Positions 40,701-51,700 of a stretch of DNA of 64,000 bases are shown piece by piece (within the stretch, counting starts at the first letter, position 1; each line of letters begins with the position of its first letter). Location: positions 64,001-128,000 of the forward strand of contig JBFIHX010000006.1 of the NCBI GenBank assembly GCA_041601615.1. Reading direction: 5' to 3'. The notes under the pieces were generated by a model that saw nothing but the letters and a program-made list of their open reading frames with translations, did no database searches and was not told the origin of the DNA. A program made the translations under genes and the position numbers. The DNA comes from Thermoplasmatota archaeon (GTDB lineage Archaea; Thermoplasmatota; E2; JACPAO01; JAHFTW01).

Positions 40701-43700
40701 CGATGGCATCCACGTCAGCCACGGTTCCAATGTTGAGCGGGTCATTGTCCCAGTCCCATGGCAGGCGAAGAACCTGGGTTCCGTCCTGGTAATCGAGACT
40801 TGCGTAGCTCGGAATGATAATACGAGCTCGTGGTGCGGTTCCATCATAGAGTACTTGGCCCTCACTCCAGGTGGCTGTGTCGCCGCCGCTGTCCTCTGCA
40901 GTCACCATGACGGTATACATTCCATCAGGGCAGCTCTGCAATCCGCACATCCCATTCAGGGAGAATGTAGCCGGCACCCCGTTAACGATGGGCTGGCCCT
41001 CAGCGTTGATTGCAAAGTATTGCTTCGGCTGAACCACGTGGTGCATTGGGCCATCGATCTCGATGGTCAGGTATGCTCCGGGGTAGAATCCGGGAGGCAC
41101 CGATTCACCGGGCGGGGCTTCAAGATCCTGTGCGAGTCCAACGGCTAAGTTTGCAAAGGTATCTGGATTCCGGAAGGAAACTTGATTGCGGTCTATTTCA
41201 GGCAGGACAACTGGCGGATTGTTCAAGGACACTAGAACAGGATTGCTTTCAACGGTAGCCAGTCGGCCGTTTCCAAAGTCGAGAACCGCAGATGCTTGGA
41301 CCCAGTAGTCACCGTCGCGGAACATCAATTGGATGCCATTGCGTGCGGTGGTGTCCCATTCTGCTGTATATGTCTCCTTTGCCTCATCATAGGCCTCCTG
41401 GGCCACAACTCGACTGTTGGCAAGAAAATCGATGGATTGGATAGGAATTTTATCGTCTCGGGTGACGGTAGCGTGGATGAACAGTGTCCCCTTGCCGCTT
41501 GTCACCGCCACGCTGCCTGGGTCTTCGTCTGTTGTGACAATCAGCTCGATTTCCACGGGTACGATGGATGCCAGGAAGCTTCCCGGAAGGCCTTGCGTCA
41601 AATCCCCCGTCAGTTCGATATCCACGCCAAAGCCATGGATGGCAGGCGAATCGGGAAGCCGTTCTGCAGGTAGGTTCGAGTCAGGGTCTTTGACTGGTTC
41701 GGGGACCGGTTCGAGGGTAGTGGAGTCCGGAACTGTAACGTCGCTTACATAGCGGTCTGCATGGGCGGTTTGCTCCCAGCTCCAGTCGTTGTCATCGAGA
41801 GGCCTGCTGAGAGGATCTCCGTCCAAAGGCATCTTTTGGTCGTCGCCCTCGTTGATACCATAAATATAGATATCATGGTTGTCGGCATCGAATAGCAATC
41901 CCAATAGGAATCCATTGGATGGTGGAGCTTGAATATTTGGTTCTTGCCAACTAGTTGGTTCCCCATTTACTATTTGTCCAGGAAAATAGATACCACATGT
42001 TGGCCCGACGCCTTTCGCCAACGGCACATAGGTTCCCTGCGGGAATGAAAACGCAAATTCGTCGATTCTACAAATTCCGGCTTGGGCCCCGTACTGGAAA
42101 AACGCCTCGGCATATCCCTGTGCTGCGCGATCGGCCTGATACCGGTCGAGACCGTGGCGATCAACGAGAGCCCCAACCGTGGGAATCTGAGCGGCGAATA
42201 GAATCCAGGCTTGACTCGTTACATCAGAATACGTTTCGACTTCTAAATCTTTTCCAAAATTTCCTAGCCCGGCATCATCATCAGTGCACCAAGCAGTAGA
42301 CCAGAACCGGGTTCCATCCACAGGCAGGCCATGACAAACCCCGGTGAATAATAAATCTCGAGGTTCATCTGTGGCGTAGCCTTGAGACTTTTCCTTTGCA
42401 GTGTAAGAATCGTGGCCAAATTGATCCAACAAAATTCCTTGGCCAAGCCACCCAGCACCTTGAGTCAGTTTGGATACTTCTGATTCATATTGATCATTGC
42501 CTTCCAAGTCCAACAACAAAGCCAAACCTCCAAGCATTCCAGCGCCTTGTCCAGCGGCATTAAATATACTTTCTTTAATTGTAAATTTATCGTCGCCTCC
42601 CGGTTCGATTAGGAGTGCGACTGCAGGCGCCCAGCGAGACTGCGTATTATCTTCAAGGTCAGAATCTGCCAAGAGAGGGTGGCGTAGTTCACGGTCATGA
42701 CCATAATAGAACCATGGACCATCATCCCCAGTCCAGTCATGGGCACCCAATGCACTTGCTTGCGCCAAATCATGCGCGAGGTACTCATCGCTCTGATTGC
42801 CGCCCCAAAGGACTGCCAGAGTTGCAAATGTATTGATGGAACGCACACTGTAGGTACTTGCATCGTATCCGTCTTCATCACCGCCAAAGACGTCTGGGCG
42901 TTTCAAGCTCCAAGCACTGGCTTGGGCAACAGGAGCATCAGCACTGTAGCTTGTAGAACCTGTTTCCTGAAGAAGTAGCCCCGCTCCGCCGCGAGCAGCA
43001 CCTTGCGCCACCGCCATGAATATCGCCTCACTCCCCACTCCAAAGCTGTGCCCTGGAGTCGTAGCCAAGGTATGCGTTTCGAATGTGTCCGCCCCGTCAC
43101 CAAAGGCCGCAAGGACCCCGACACCGAGCCAAGCGCCACCCTGGGCGATGCCCAGAGCAGTCGACTTGGGCAGTTTGAGTTGGTCACCACCATTGACTTT
43201 TGCACTCGCGTCCACTGATGCCACTGCATCGTTAATGGCGTCGAATGTCGCCAAAATTCCGACACCACCGAACAATCCAGCACCTTGCATGACCCCATAC
43301 GCCAAAGACTCTACATCCGCCGTGGAACCAAGAGGTCGATTGTTGAGGGCCAGATTCAATTCAAATTGAGAACGGAAAACATTGCTTCCCCCGTTGTCCA
43401 CCAGCACAGCCACACCCAGCGATGCCCCCCCCAGAGAAGGGGCGGAGGCTGCATCGAAAAAGGAACTCCCCGTTCGTTGATGATCCACAACTTGGGTTTC
43501 CGGCACATATTGATCGTCACCTGCACCAAGGTCTAGCGCCACTTTGACAAACCGAGGTTGCCGAATGAGAATTCCATTTTGATTTCGGATTAAATCATCT
43601 TGTCCCGGGCGCACCCCCATGAAGTCTTGGTGCAGGTATTGATCATTGCCGCCAAGGTCAACCAGGAAATGGACATCCTCTGTGATGACGTTATCATCCT

Positions 43701-44583
43701 CACCCATGATGAGTAGGCCAGGAAGCCCAACGCCGTTGGAGCTGCGGACGGGACTTCGGATGAGCGTTCCTTCACGATCTTCTGGGTCGGCCCAGAGGTC
43801 GCCGGCGTCGCCGCCCGTGTTCGGATCGGTGCCCAGCACAGTCTCCACTTGGTCGGGAGCGCTGTCCCCGTCTTGGTCAATCTCCGAAGGGACGTGGTTG
43901 CTGGCAGGGACCTGGACGGTGGGACTCGCAGCCTTGACTTCGGCGATGGCTCGCGTTAGCAAATCCGCTGCTTGCAGATTCTTGATGATGTCCACTTTCT
44001 CGACAATGGAGGCCGCTTCGGCCTCGTACGCGTCAAATCCGGTCAGCCCAGTGCGGAGTTGCCATTGCTGAATCGTCTCTGCATCTTGCCCAAGAAACAG
44101 TATTTCTTCCGGAGTCAATGCGGCGATCGCTTCTCCTTGCAAGCGTTCTGATTCTAGGAATGCAAGCACAAGGTGTGCCAATGCCAAATCCAGTTCTGGG
44201 CTCAGACCCAATTGGTGCACCGCAGCCGTGGCGTTGGCACGTTCTAGTAGCGTCGCGTTCCGGTCCAATGCATAGATGTTCAAGGCGCCAATCAACGAAA
44301 TTGCATCAGACGGGACGGGTACTTGATCAAATACTGCCCAAGTTTGCAGCATCTCGGAAAGATCCGACGGGCGTTCAGAGGGTTCAATTTTATCCGCAAG
44401 AGCCGATCGTAGCGCCGCTGACGGCAACCATTCTATTGCCTGGAACGTAGCTGCCACGTCCCCCTGTACGAAGGGAATCGAATGATTCTCCGGTCCCGGC
44501 GACACGCAGCCGCTAAGAACCGCAGCGCTCGTGAGAACGACGACGAGAAGGCTCTGATTGCGCAAGGAAATGCGACGAGTCAT
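37693..44583 (-). CDS. Giant lipoprotein with DxGGxDxY repeats, Ig-like/FN3 domains and C-terminal sorting tail
   Basis: Start re-called at MTRRISLRNQSLLVVVLTSAAVLSGC (lipobox). Repeat region homologous to the gene at 16792; many D.AGN Ig-like units; FN3 motifs (WTTDQPATSRVYYG, LSWNAADDDSGIRSYRV); tail APGVFLLLPLLAALYVARRWRS. Confidence 0.9.
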   Translation of the reverse strand: MTRRISLRNQSLLVVVLTSAAVLSGCVSPGPENHSIPFVQGDVAATFQAIEWLPSAALRSALADKIEPSERPSDLSEMLQTWAVFDQVPVPSDAISLIGALNIYALDRNATLLERANATAAVHQLGLSPELDLALAHLVLAFLESERLQGEAIAALTPEEILFLGQDAETIQQWQLRTGLTGFDAYEAEAASIVEKVDIIKNLQAADLLTRAIAEVKAASPTVQVPASNHVPSEIDQDGDSAPDQVETVLGTDPNTGGDAGDLWADPEDREGTLIRSPVRSSNGVGLPGLLIMGEDDNVITEDVHFLVDLGGNDQYLHQDFMGVRPGQDDLIRNQNGILIRQPRFVKVALDLGAGDDQYVPETQVVDHQRTGSSFFDAASAPSLGGASLGVAVLVDNGGSNVFRSQFELNLALNNRPLGSTADVESLAYGVMQGAGLFGGVGILATFDAINDAVASVDASAKVNGGDQLKLPKSTALGIAQGGAWLGVGVLAAFGDGADTFETHTLATTPGHSFGVGSEAIFMAVAQGAARGGAGLLLQETGSTSYSADAPVAQASAWSLKRPDVFGGDEDGYDASTYSVRSINTFATLAVLWGGNQSDEYLAHDLAQASALGAHDWTGDDGPWFYYGHDRELRHPLLADSDLEDNTQSRWAPAVALLIEPGGDDKFTIKESIFNAAGQGAGMLGGLALLLDLEGNDQYESEVSKLTQGAGWLGQGILLDQFGHDSYTAKEKSQGYATDEPRDLLFTGVCHGLPVDGTRFWSTAWCTDDDAGLGNFGKDLEVETYSDVTSQAWILFAAQIPTVGALVDRHGLDRYQADRAAQGYAEAFFQYGAQAGICRIDEFAFSFPQGTYVPLAKGVGPTCGIYFPGQIVNGEPTSWQEPNIQAPPSNGFLLGLLFDADNHDIYIYGINEGDDQKMPLDGDPLSRPLDDNDWSWEQTAHADRYVSDVTVPDSTTLEPVPEPVKDPDSNLPAERLPDSPAIHGFGVDIELTGDLTQGLPGSFLASIVPVEIELIVTTDEDPGSVAVTSGKGTLFIHATVTRDDKIPIQSIDFLANSRVVAQEAYDEAKETYTAEWDTTARNGIQLMFRDGDYWVQASAVLDFGNGRLATVESNPVLVSLNNPPVVLPEIDRNQVSFRNPDTFANLAVGLAQDLEAPPGESVPPGFYPGAYLTIEIDGPMHHVVQPKQYFAINAEGQPIVNGVPATFSLNGMCGLQSCPDGMYTVMVTAEDSGGDTATWSEGQVLYDGTAPRARIIIPSYASLDYQDGTQVLRLPWDWDNDPLNIGTVADVDAIDIYQIHVADGQIQYLTSGTSGFTKVQGISTGNVLSFLAVGRDVLGNTESPCGTSSVDEPVCAQAKLDAICSINDDPCLGIPIEYGARRTIVDFIPPRIDPLTASHKYVQPGVTPVVYKAKITDVGSGINPASVRISFSNMVGDFPMTDANGDSVYEFNKWNQVNDGVSADEEPYTYTVKAEDRAGNPVDLGKSGILDNVAPTIEILPTRYSLAGVERQAAREGARVDIRIIVQDAEVSTVTADFTGVNETIGIKPCTYDLDTIENPHDRLCTIFLPPNVDDGPYEVIVKATDSAGNSFARSAPLVVSDSAVIISDVAVAETGHDYAIFTWTTDQPATSRVYYGRTSDLGLSSAFNLTPDTNHRVRIDGLPPAMNHYAVVASENLAGAESRSVPVTFTSGSGLRLQFLELTEKKVLKGDSILSLQLGVDGVDQSPANIVLFTERTDGSSVRQRVSNVVASAGNVQFSVDSTLLNDGPMYFVAQVFRARDVVEVKSPLIIIDNTPPVLAPLRPLPGDQVDSSVATFELLVFNAGQGTDINQKALQVLLDNAPVSPASVTFGNGQLSRSLRIVLPPMPDGAHELEIKIPDMAGNVGNVSLAFTAGQGVPDLSRVDYGSYTAGRPGSAVRFILDSPAPLSAVQVDTAPISSDLISLAYSNKWIGEWTIPDHLKTGSYSMSALTTDVYGETSRAVDAFTLDVDADPPNLDAKLVPTGPASAKVTATSPEPVQLQILSEGKLLHSSSKALKEHTVSLSGLAVGKTFQATIIATDASGNPTQNTLYALLPVDERNPGAVTGLTARQKGHEVLLSWNAADDDSGIRSYRVERDGWSKDVQGTSVVDPTAFGGQNLMYQVTATDLVGNTGPKKDVAIQVKDLFELLQVHVTPEIGNTTTPFDLRVGLRHNLPGAPDVTIIINKRPVSMTADNSAADCRLECWYAASQVLPPTRIGSPLDLQLNVEIGAFSNSTPVQSSVMVVQSTPSQDAPGVFLLLPLLAALYVARRWRS

Positions 44584-44767
44584 GATTACCACACCACGAG
44601 CACCCACCTTGTGAGCGGGCACTCTGACACTCATTGGAAGGTGGACCAAACCGCTTGTGACCAAATCATTACCCACAATGCATGTGGTTTCACGCAGAGC
44701 TTATGTTGCGTGGACAGACTGGGCGTAGCCACGTTGCCGTATGGTGCGGTAACGGGTGTGGTTGCAA

Positions 44768-45775
44768 ATGCCCGAGACGATCCTCAAACAACGGCCTGGA
44801 AACGGCCGCCCGACAAACAGCCTCGACCAAGCGGTCGCCCATGTTCGCAACACGAGCAATCGCCTCTTGGAAGAGGTCAGCAAGGTCATCGTGGGCAAAA
44901 AAGAGGTCATGCGATTGGTCATGGTCGACATCCTTGCCCAGGGCAACATCCTGTTCGAGGATTTCCCAGGTCTCGCCAAAACGGTGATGGCCAATACGTT
45001 CGCGCTCGCCAGCGGCTGCGACTTCAAGCGCATCCAATTCACGCCCGACGTGCTTCCCAGCGACATCACCGGCAGCTACGTCTTTGACCAGAACACGGCC
45101 GAATTCACGTTCCGCCCCGGCCCGGTCTTCTGCAACTTCCTGCTCGGCGACGAGATCAACCGCGCACCGCCCAAGACCCAGTCCGCCATGCTCGAAGCCA
45201 TGCAAGAGCGCCAGGTCAGCATCGAGGGCCGCACCCACAAACTCGGCAAACCCTTCGTGGTCATGGCGACCCAGAACCCCGTCGAACAGGAAGGGACCTA
45301 CCCGCTGCCCGAAGCCCAAATGGACCGCTTCCTCATGCGCCTCAGCGTCGGCTACCCCAGCACCGAAGACGAGGCCGAAATCGCCCGCCGCCGCATCAGC
45401 CGCGGCAAAGACGACTTCGACGTGGAGCAAGTAACCAACCCCCAGGACTTGCTGCGCATGCAGGACGCCTGCGAACACGTCCACATCGACCCGTCGATTC
45501 TCCACTACATTGCCCGTATCATCACCGCGACCCGCGACCACCCGGACACCCACGTAGGCAGCAGCCCCCGCGGCACCCTGGGCCTGGTCAAAGCCGCCCG
45601 CGCCAGTGCCGCCCTCAACGGCCGCACCTTCGTGAGCCCCGATGACGTGCGCGGCCTCGCCATCCCGGTCCTCGCGCACCGCATCATCCTGACGCCGGAC
45701 GCCCGCTTCGAGGGCCGCACCGGTGCCGACGTGATCCGCGACATCATCAAGCGCATCAAGGCCCCGACGGTGTGA
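44768..45775 (+). CDS. moxR: MoxR-family AAA+ ATPase
   Basis: EDFPGLAKT, RIQFTPDVLPSDITG, DEINRAPPKTQSAMLEAMQE, ATQNPVEQEGTYPLPEAQMDRF, SPRG, VLAHR. Confidence 0.95.
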   Translation: MPETILKQRPGNGRPTNSLDQAVAHVRNTSNRLLEEVSKVIVGKKEVMRLVMVDILAQGNILFEDFPGLAKTVMANTFALASGCDFKRIQFTPDVLPSDITGSYVFDQNTAEFTFRPGPVFCNFLLGDEINRAPPKTQSAMLEAMQERQVSIEGRTHKLGKPFVVMATQNPVEQEGTYPLPEAQMDRFLMRLSVGYPSTEDEAEIARRRISRGKDDFDVEQVTNPQDLLRMQDACEHVHIDPSILHYIARIITATRDHPDTHVGSSPRGTLGLVKAARASAALNGRTFVSPDDVRGLAIPVLAHRIILTPDARFEGRTGADVIRDIIKRIKAPTV

Positions 45776-48700
45776 ACGTGGCCGGCTCGCAGTCCAAAGG
45801 GGTTCCTCGACTCCATCCCCGCACGCTCGCCGTGACGGCCGCCGTCCTAGCGGTAGCCATCCTGATTGCCGCCGTGGTGTTTGCCGCAGTGAGCAACGGC
45901 TCCAGCGCAGCGGACGCCAGCCTGCCGCCCGACGCGGCGGGCTTCGCAAGCTTGGACTTGCAGGGCCGAACGGACACGGACGGCGACGGGCTCGCCGACG
46001 CCACAGAAAACTACGTCACCGGCACAGATCCCGGAAATTGGAGCACGAATGGCGACCCCATTCCAGACGGATGGCTTGCCCGCGTCGGTCAAGATCCGTT
46101 GCGTCCAGGCGCCGCATACTTGCCCGCCACCAGCCCGCCCTCCAGCGCGGTGCCCGCCGCCTGGGGCCCCAACGGCATACAACAGTTGACCCCGAGCCTG
46201 TGGGACGTGTATTCCTATGGCCGCCCCAGCGACTGGGATGAAGAAACCATGGGCGGCTGGAACAGCAAACTCGACCCCAACAATTGGGACCAAAACAACG
46301 ACGGCATCCCCGACGGATTCCTGCTGCTGCATGGCCTAAGCCCCCTTGCCAACATTGCCGACGAAAAACCGGCCAACGGCCTGTCCGTGCGTGAAGCATA
46401 CAAGCACGCAACCAACCCAACGGTGCTCGATACCGACGGCGACGGCCTCACAGACCAAGCCGAAATCAAAGGCGGCGTCTACGATGGCATCACCGTCCCG
46501 CCGTCCGATCCGCTGCGGTTCGATTCGAGCGGAACCGGCGCGTGCGACGGGTACCTAGCCTACCACGGCATCGACCCCAACGACGGCGCCCTAGCTCGCT
46601 CGGACCCCGACAAGGACGGCGCCAGCACCGTGCAGGAAGCCATTTGGAGTTTCCAAAAACTGGGCAGCTTCGCCTGCTCCACTCGCGCCGGGCTCGACCC
46701 CAATGACGCCACCAGCGGCGACGCCCGAGTGCCCGACGGCTGGCTCCTTCGATACGGCCTGGATCCACTCAAGGCGGGCGTGGATACAATCGTCACCCAG
46801 AAAGCCAGCACCGACCCCGGCCCCGCACTCGCTGGCGCCGACCTCATCTTAACCGTGCGTGACGAATACAACGCCAACAAACCGCCCGAATGGAAAGAAT
46901 CCGTCTCGGGGCCATGGCCCCACGGCACCGACCCAACCAAACTTGACACCGATGGCGACGGCCTCGGCGACGCCTGGGAACTACGCGGCTACTCCATTAC
47001 GGTCACCACCGACGTGGGGAGCGCCGACTCCATAACCCAAAAAGTGCGCCCCAACCCCACCCGCCAAGATACCGACGGCGACGGCGTTCCTGATGGCGCG
47101 GAAGCAAACGCAAGCCCCCCCACCGACGCCACGCGCCGCGATACGGACCTAGACGGGCTCTCCGATCAATTTGAAACGGCGCACCCGCGCCTGAACCCCC
47201 TGCGCGCCGACAGCGCCGGCGACCTACTCAGCGACGGCCAACGCTACCTCCTGCTCGAAGCCAACGCCAAGAAATACAGCACCAATTCCAACTACGACTG
47301 CATCGCCGGGCCCGGCACCTGCCTGCACAAAACCGTCAACGATTGGCTAGCAAAAACCCCTGGCGGCCTGCTGCAACTGCCGCTCACCCCCGCAAAGGTC
47401 GCCGCCTTGCTTGGCCCCGACGGCGACGTGGACAACGACGGCGACCCCAACATCATCGACCGCGACATGGACAACGACGGCATCGACAACGGCGCCGAAG
47501 TGGATCCGAGCCTATACGCTCGCACCAGCTACGGCCTTGGGCCCCTCGGAGCCCGCTCCGCCACGGACCCCCTCAATCTCGACTCGGACGGTGACGGCTT
47601 GCGCGACGGCTGGGAAGTTCAATACGGCGTCCCCGCCGGCTCCGTCTACGACCTCGACCCTTCTCTATGGGACAGCGACAAGAACGAAATCAGCGACGGC
47701 AAGGAAGATCCCGACAAGGACAGCATTACTTGGTTCTCCTACCGTCTCACCGGCGGCAGCGCCATCGCCGACCCACACACATTCGCCCACGACAATCTCT
47801 CCGAACAAACCTACGAAACCCACCCGCGCAAACGATACAGCGACGATGATGGCCTGCGTGACGGTTGGAAGGTGTTCTGGAGCCAAGTATACCCCGGAAC
47901 CGTAGGCGTCAATCCAACCCTTCGCGGCGACGTGTACCCGGGATCCCCCGGCGCGTTCCTCATCAACCCTGCTCGACCCGCACCCGTCGTAGGGCTCGCA
48001 CAGGCAGATACCGTTCTCTCCACGGTCGCCACCCACCGCACCATCGTCCTCGACAGCACCACCGACGACCGCATGCTGCCGCATGAACAGAAAGGCACCG
48101 TGTACGGCAACATCGACGACGGCAAGGGCGGCACCCGCAACCTCGTCGTACTCACCGGCATCCGCGAATTCACTTTCAGCGACGCCCAGGACGCAGTTGC
48201 CAATCCCTATGTGGACGACACCGACGGCGACGGCATGCCCGACGCCTGGGAACGGGCACACAATCTAGTGTTTGGCGACCAAGAATGCACCGGCAGCAAC
48301 GGCCCCAAAGTGGCGGTGTATGACGCAGACGTAGACGGCGATGGCGACGACCTCTCCCATGGTGAGGAATACGCCCAGTGGATTCTCCCACCCGACCAAC
48401 GCAGCCACCCCCACCCCCTCTGTGCAGACAGCGACCACGACACATTCTCCGACGGCGAGGAATTGGAACTTGGCCTTGATCTTGACGACCCCACCAGTGG
48501 CCTCGTCGACGACGGCACCGATCAAGACCAAGACGGCATCACGGATTTGCAAGAACGCCGCACCCGTGGCACGCACCCGCTGCGCGTCGACACCGACGGG
48601 GACGGCCTCGCCGATGGCGCCAACCTCGGACCATACCCCAAAACCAGCAACGAAGCAAAGCGACTCCTAGAACTGGGCATCGCCATGGAAGTGCAGGGCG

Positions 48701-51700
48701 ACAACATCCTGTTTTTCGGCGAGCAATCCTTCAACGCCGACCCCCTCAACGCCGATCCTACCGGCACCGGCGTGCCACAAGGATGGCTCGTGGTGCGCTG
48801 CCAATGCCTCACCAATCCCCCCGCCAATACCCGCGATGTCTACACGATTGGCATGCCGGCTTGGTGGGATCACTCCATCCACGGCCCCTGGTGGGGCGGC
48901 GGCGTCACCACTGCCGAGAAAAACAACCCAACCGCCGCGCGCAACAGCATCGATTTGGACGAAGATGGCCTGCTGGACCGACTCGGAGAAGACCTGTATC
49001 CCGCCGTAAACCGCGCCAACGTGCCCCTCGCCATCACCCCCGCAGTACACCCCACGCTCGTAGACTGGGACTCCGAAGTGGACCCGACGGACGGTACGGC
49101 TCCAGCCCTCAACCGCCGGCTCGCAGCACAGTCATTGCTCAACCCTCGCGTTTTCGTGGAGACCAAAGGCATTGGCCGCGACCCAGCACCCTCCACCCAA
49201 ACCAGCCCGCCTTCCCAGATTCGGGCAACCCCCACTCTCAGCGTCGACGATCCCGGTGAGCTGACCAAAGGCGCCTCATTCGTGGTCTCTGGCACGCTCC
49301 AAGCGGCTGGCAAAATCGCCGGAGTCACCGTCGTGGCAGAAATCGCCGGGCAGCCATTGGGCGCCGGGTTCACCGATTCCACGGGCGCATTTTCCTTCAC
49401 TGCCAAGCTCGCCGCCGACCATAGCGTCGTGGTCCCCGCTGGCTCCGTTTTCAAGGGAAAATCTGGAAAAGCAGTGGATTGGACCACCGACAGCAGTGCA
49501 CTTCAGCCGGGCGACCGGAAGCTGCGGGTGTACACCTACGCAACCCCCAACACAACACCCTTCACTGCCGATCGCGCCCCGTTGCATCGCACGGAACAGA
49601 GCCTGCCGGTTACCGTGAAGACCCCGACCACAGTCACCATCGAAACACCCGCCGAAGTCCTCGCCGGCGAGCGATTCGTCATCCAAGTCACCACCACCGA
49701 CGCCTCCGGCGATCCGTTGCGTGAACCAGTTCGCATCCAAACGCCAAGGGGAACCGAAAATCTTGCTCCCGATATCAACGGCCAAGTCGAGTACGCGGTA
49801 CAGTCTGCCAATACAGATGCGGGGAGTTTCATCATCCACGCCACCACTGTCCCCACGACGACGTTGGTAACTTCCGGCACAGCAGATGCGCTCACCCGCA
49901 TTCTTTTGCCCGTCACCATCAATTTGCAAGCCTTGCCTACTTCCGTGCAGGCCGGCCAAACCATCAACGTGGGCGGATCCGTCACGCACGCACTGGGCGG
50001 CGCCTCCGGCGTCCCCGTCAAGCTCCAAGTGGCCGGTGTTGTCACCCAAGTCCTCACGAATTCCGACGGATCCTATAACAGCCCCTTGACCATTTCCAAA
50101 AACCAAGCGCCCGGCACGATTGTCGTTCAAGCCAGCGCCGAAAAAACAGGCACCACGCAAGCCAAATCCACGAGCCGAAGCACCACCGTCCTGGCGCTGC
50201 CTCGACTCCTTGACACCTCACCCACCCTAATGCCTCTTGGCGCGCCCGTACTCATCAAGGGCACACTCCTCGACGCAGAAGGCGCCCCCATCGCCAACGC
50301 CGCCATCAAATTCACCCTTGGCGACCAAGCCGGAACCCTCACCACCAATACGCTGGGAGCGTTCGAAAAGAAGGTTGCGTGGTCGCCACAACCTGGCCCA
50401 AGCCAGCAGACGCTACGGTTTGCAGGCAGCAGCCAATACGGCGCCGTAGAGCAAAGCAAGGAACGATTCATGGTCAGTGACACATTCTTGACCGTGGAAC
50501 CGGGCACTGTGCTGCGAGGCACCACCCTCGAACTCAAAGCCGTGCTCAAAGACGCCGCAGACCGCCCCGTCGTGGGCGTTCCAATCATCGTCGGCCACGA
50601 AGGCAACAACGTCACCGTCGTCACGGGCGCAGGGGGCCTCGCCCGCGCCGACCTAGACACCACGCAGTGGAGCCTCGGCGAGCACAATCTTACCGTTGGT
50701 TTCCTCGGCACCGGAGACGGATCGCTGCGTCCCACCAAAGCAACCTCCCTGTGGACTGTCTCCAGCAAACTCAAACTCATCGTCCCCGAAGGGCCATTCC
50801 TCGCAGGCACAACACCTACCGCGCCGCGCCTCGTCGACGCCGCCACCGGCACCGGAGTGATGCGGGACCTGCTGCTCACCCATCCTGATCAGAGCAAACA
50901 AAGCGCCACCACGCGCACGGACGGCTCCTTCGACCTCTACGGCACGCTCCCCGCCGACGCCGAACCCGCCGAATTTGTCTGGAAAGTCCACTCCGACGGC
51001 GATGACAACTATCCCGCATTCGACCAAGACGTGCCGCTGCGCATCGTCTCCGCCACCACCCTCACCCTCAAAATCAGCAACGATGCCGTAGCGGGCAAAC
51101 CACTGCAGCTCCAAATCTCCGCCATCGACGGCCGAGGCGTCCCCGGCACAGGCGAAGTTCGCGTCTTCTTGGACGGCGTTCTCTACGAACGAACCACACT
51201 GAAGGACGGAAAACTCATTCTCGCCCCCGTCACGCCGGACGCCGCACAAGCCACCCTCAAAGTCGAATTCGACGGATCCGCCCAACAATCCGCAGCGACC
51301 GCCGAACGCACCCTTGAGGTTCTACGCCCCACCGTCATCAAGCTGGACGTGCAAGAAGGAAAGAACGGACTCGCCCGCATCACCGTCACAGCCACCCGCG
51401 ACGGCCAACCCCTGCCCTACCGCGACCTGCACGTCAGCCTCGAAGACCTCCCCGGTGGCATCGACATTCTGACAGACGAGCACGGCAAGGCGTCCTTCAG
51501 CTACCAACGCACCCAAGAGCGCGTCGCCGTCGCCGTCCGCCTCGATGCCCAATCCGGCGAAGAGCGCAGCCTCGCCACCACCGTCCTGGGCACCCCGACA
51601 GCCCCCGGCCCCGACGTCTGGTCCAACCTCGCGCCCTACGTCTGGACCCTGCCCGTTTTGCTGGTCCTCGCGGCCCTCTCCATCACCGCCGCGCTGCTAT

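Noticed and set aside
45950-49000. DTDGDG repeats as a novel DNA repeat family
   Set aside because: They are protein-level TSP3-like Ca-binding motifs, common in surface proteins.
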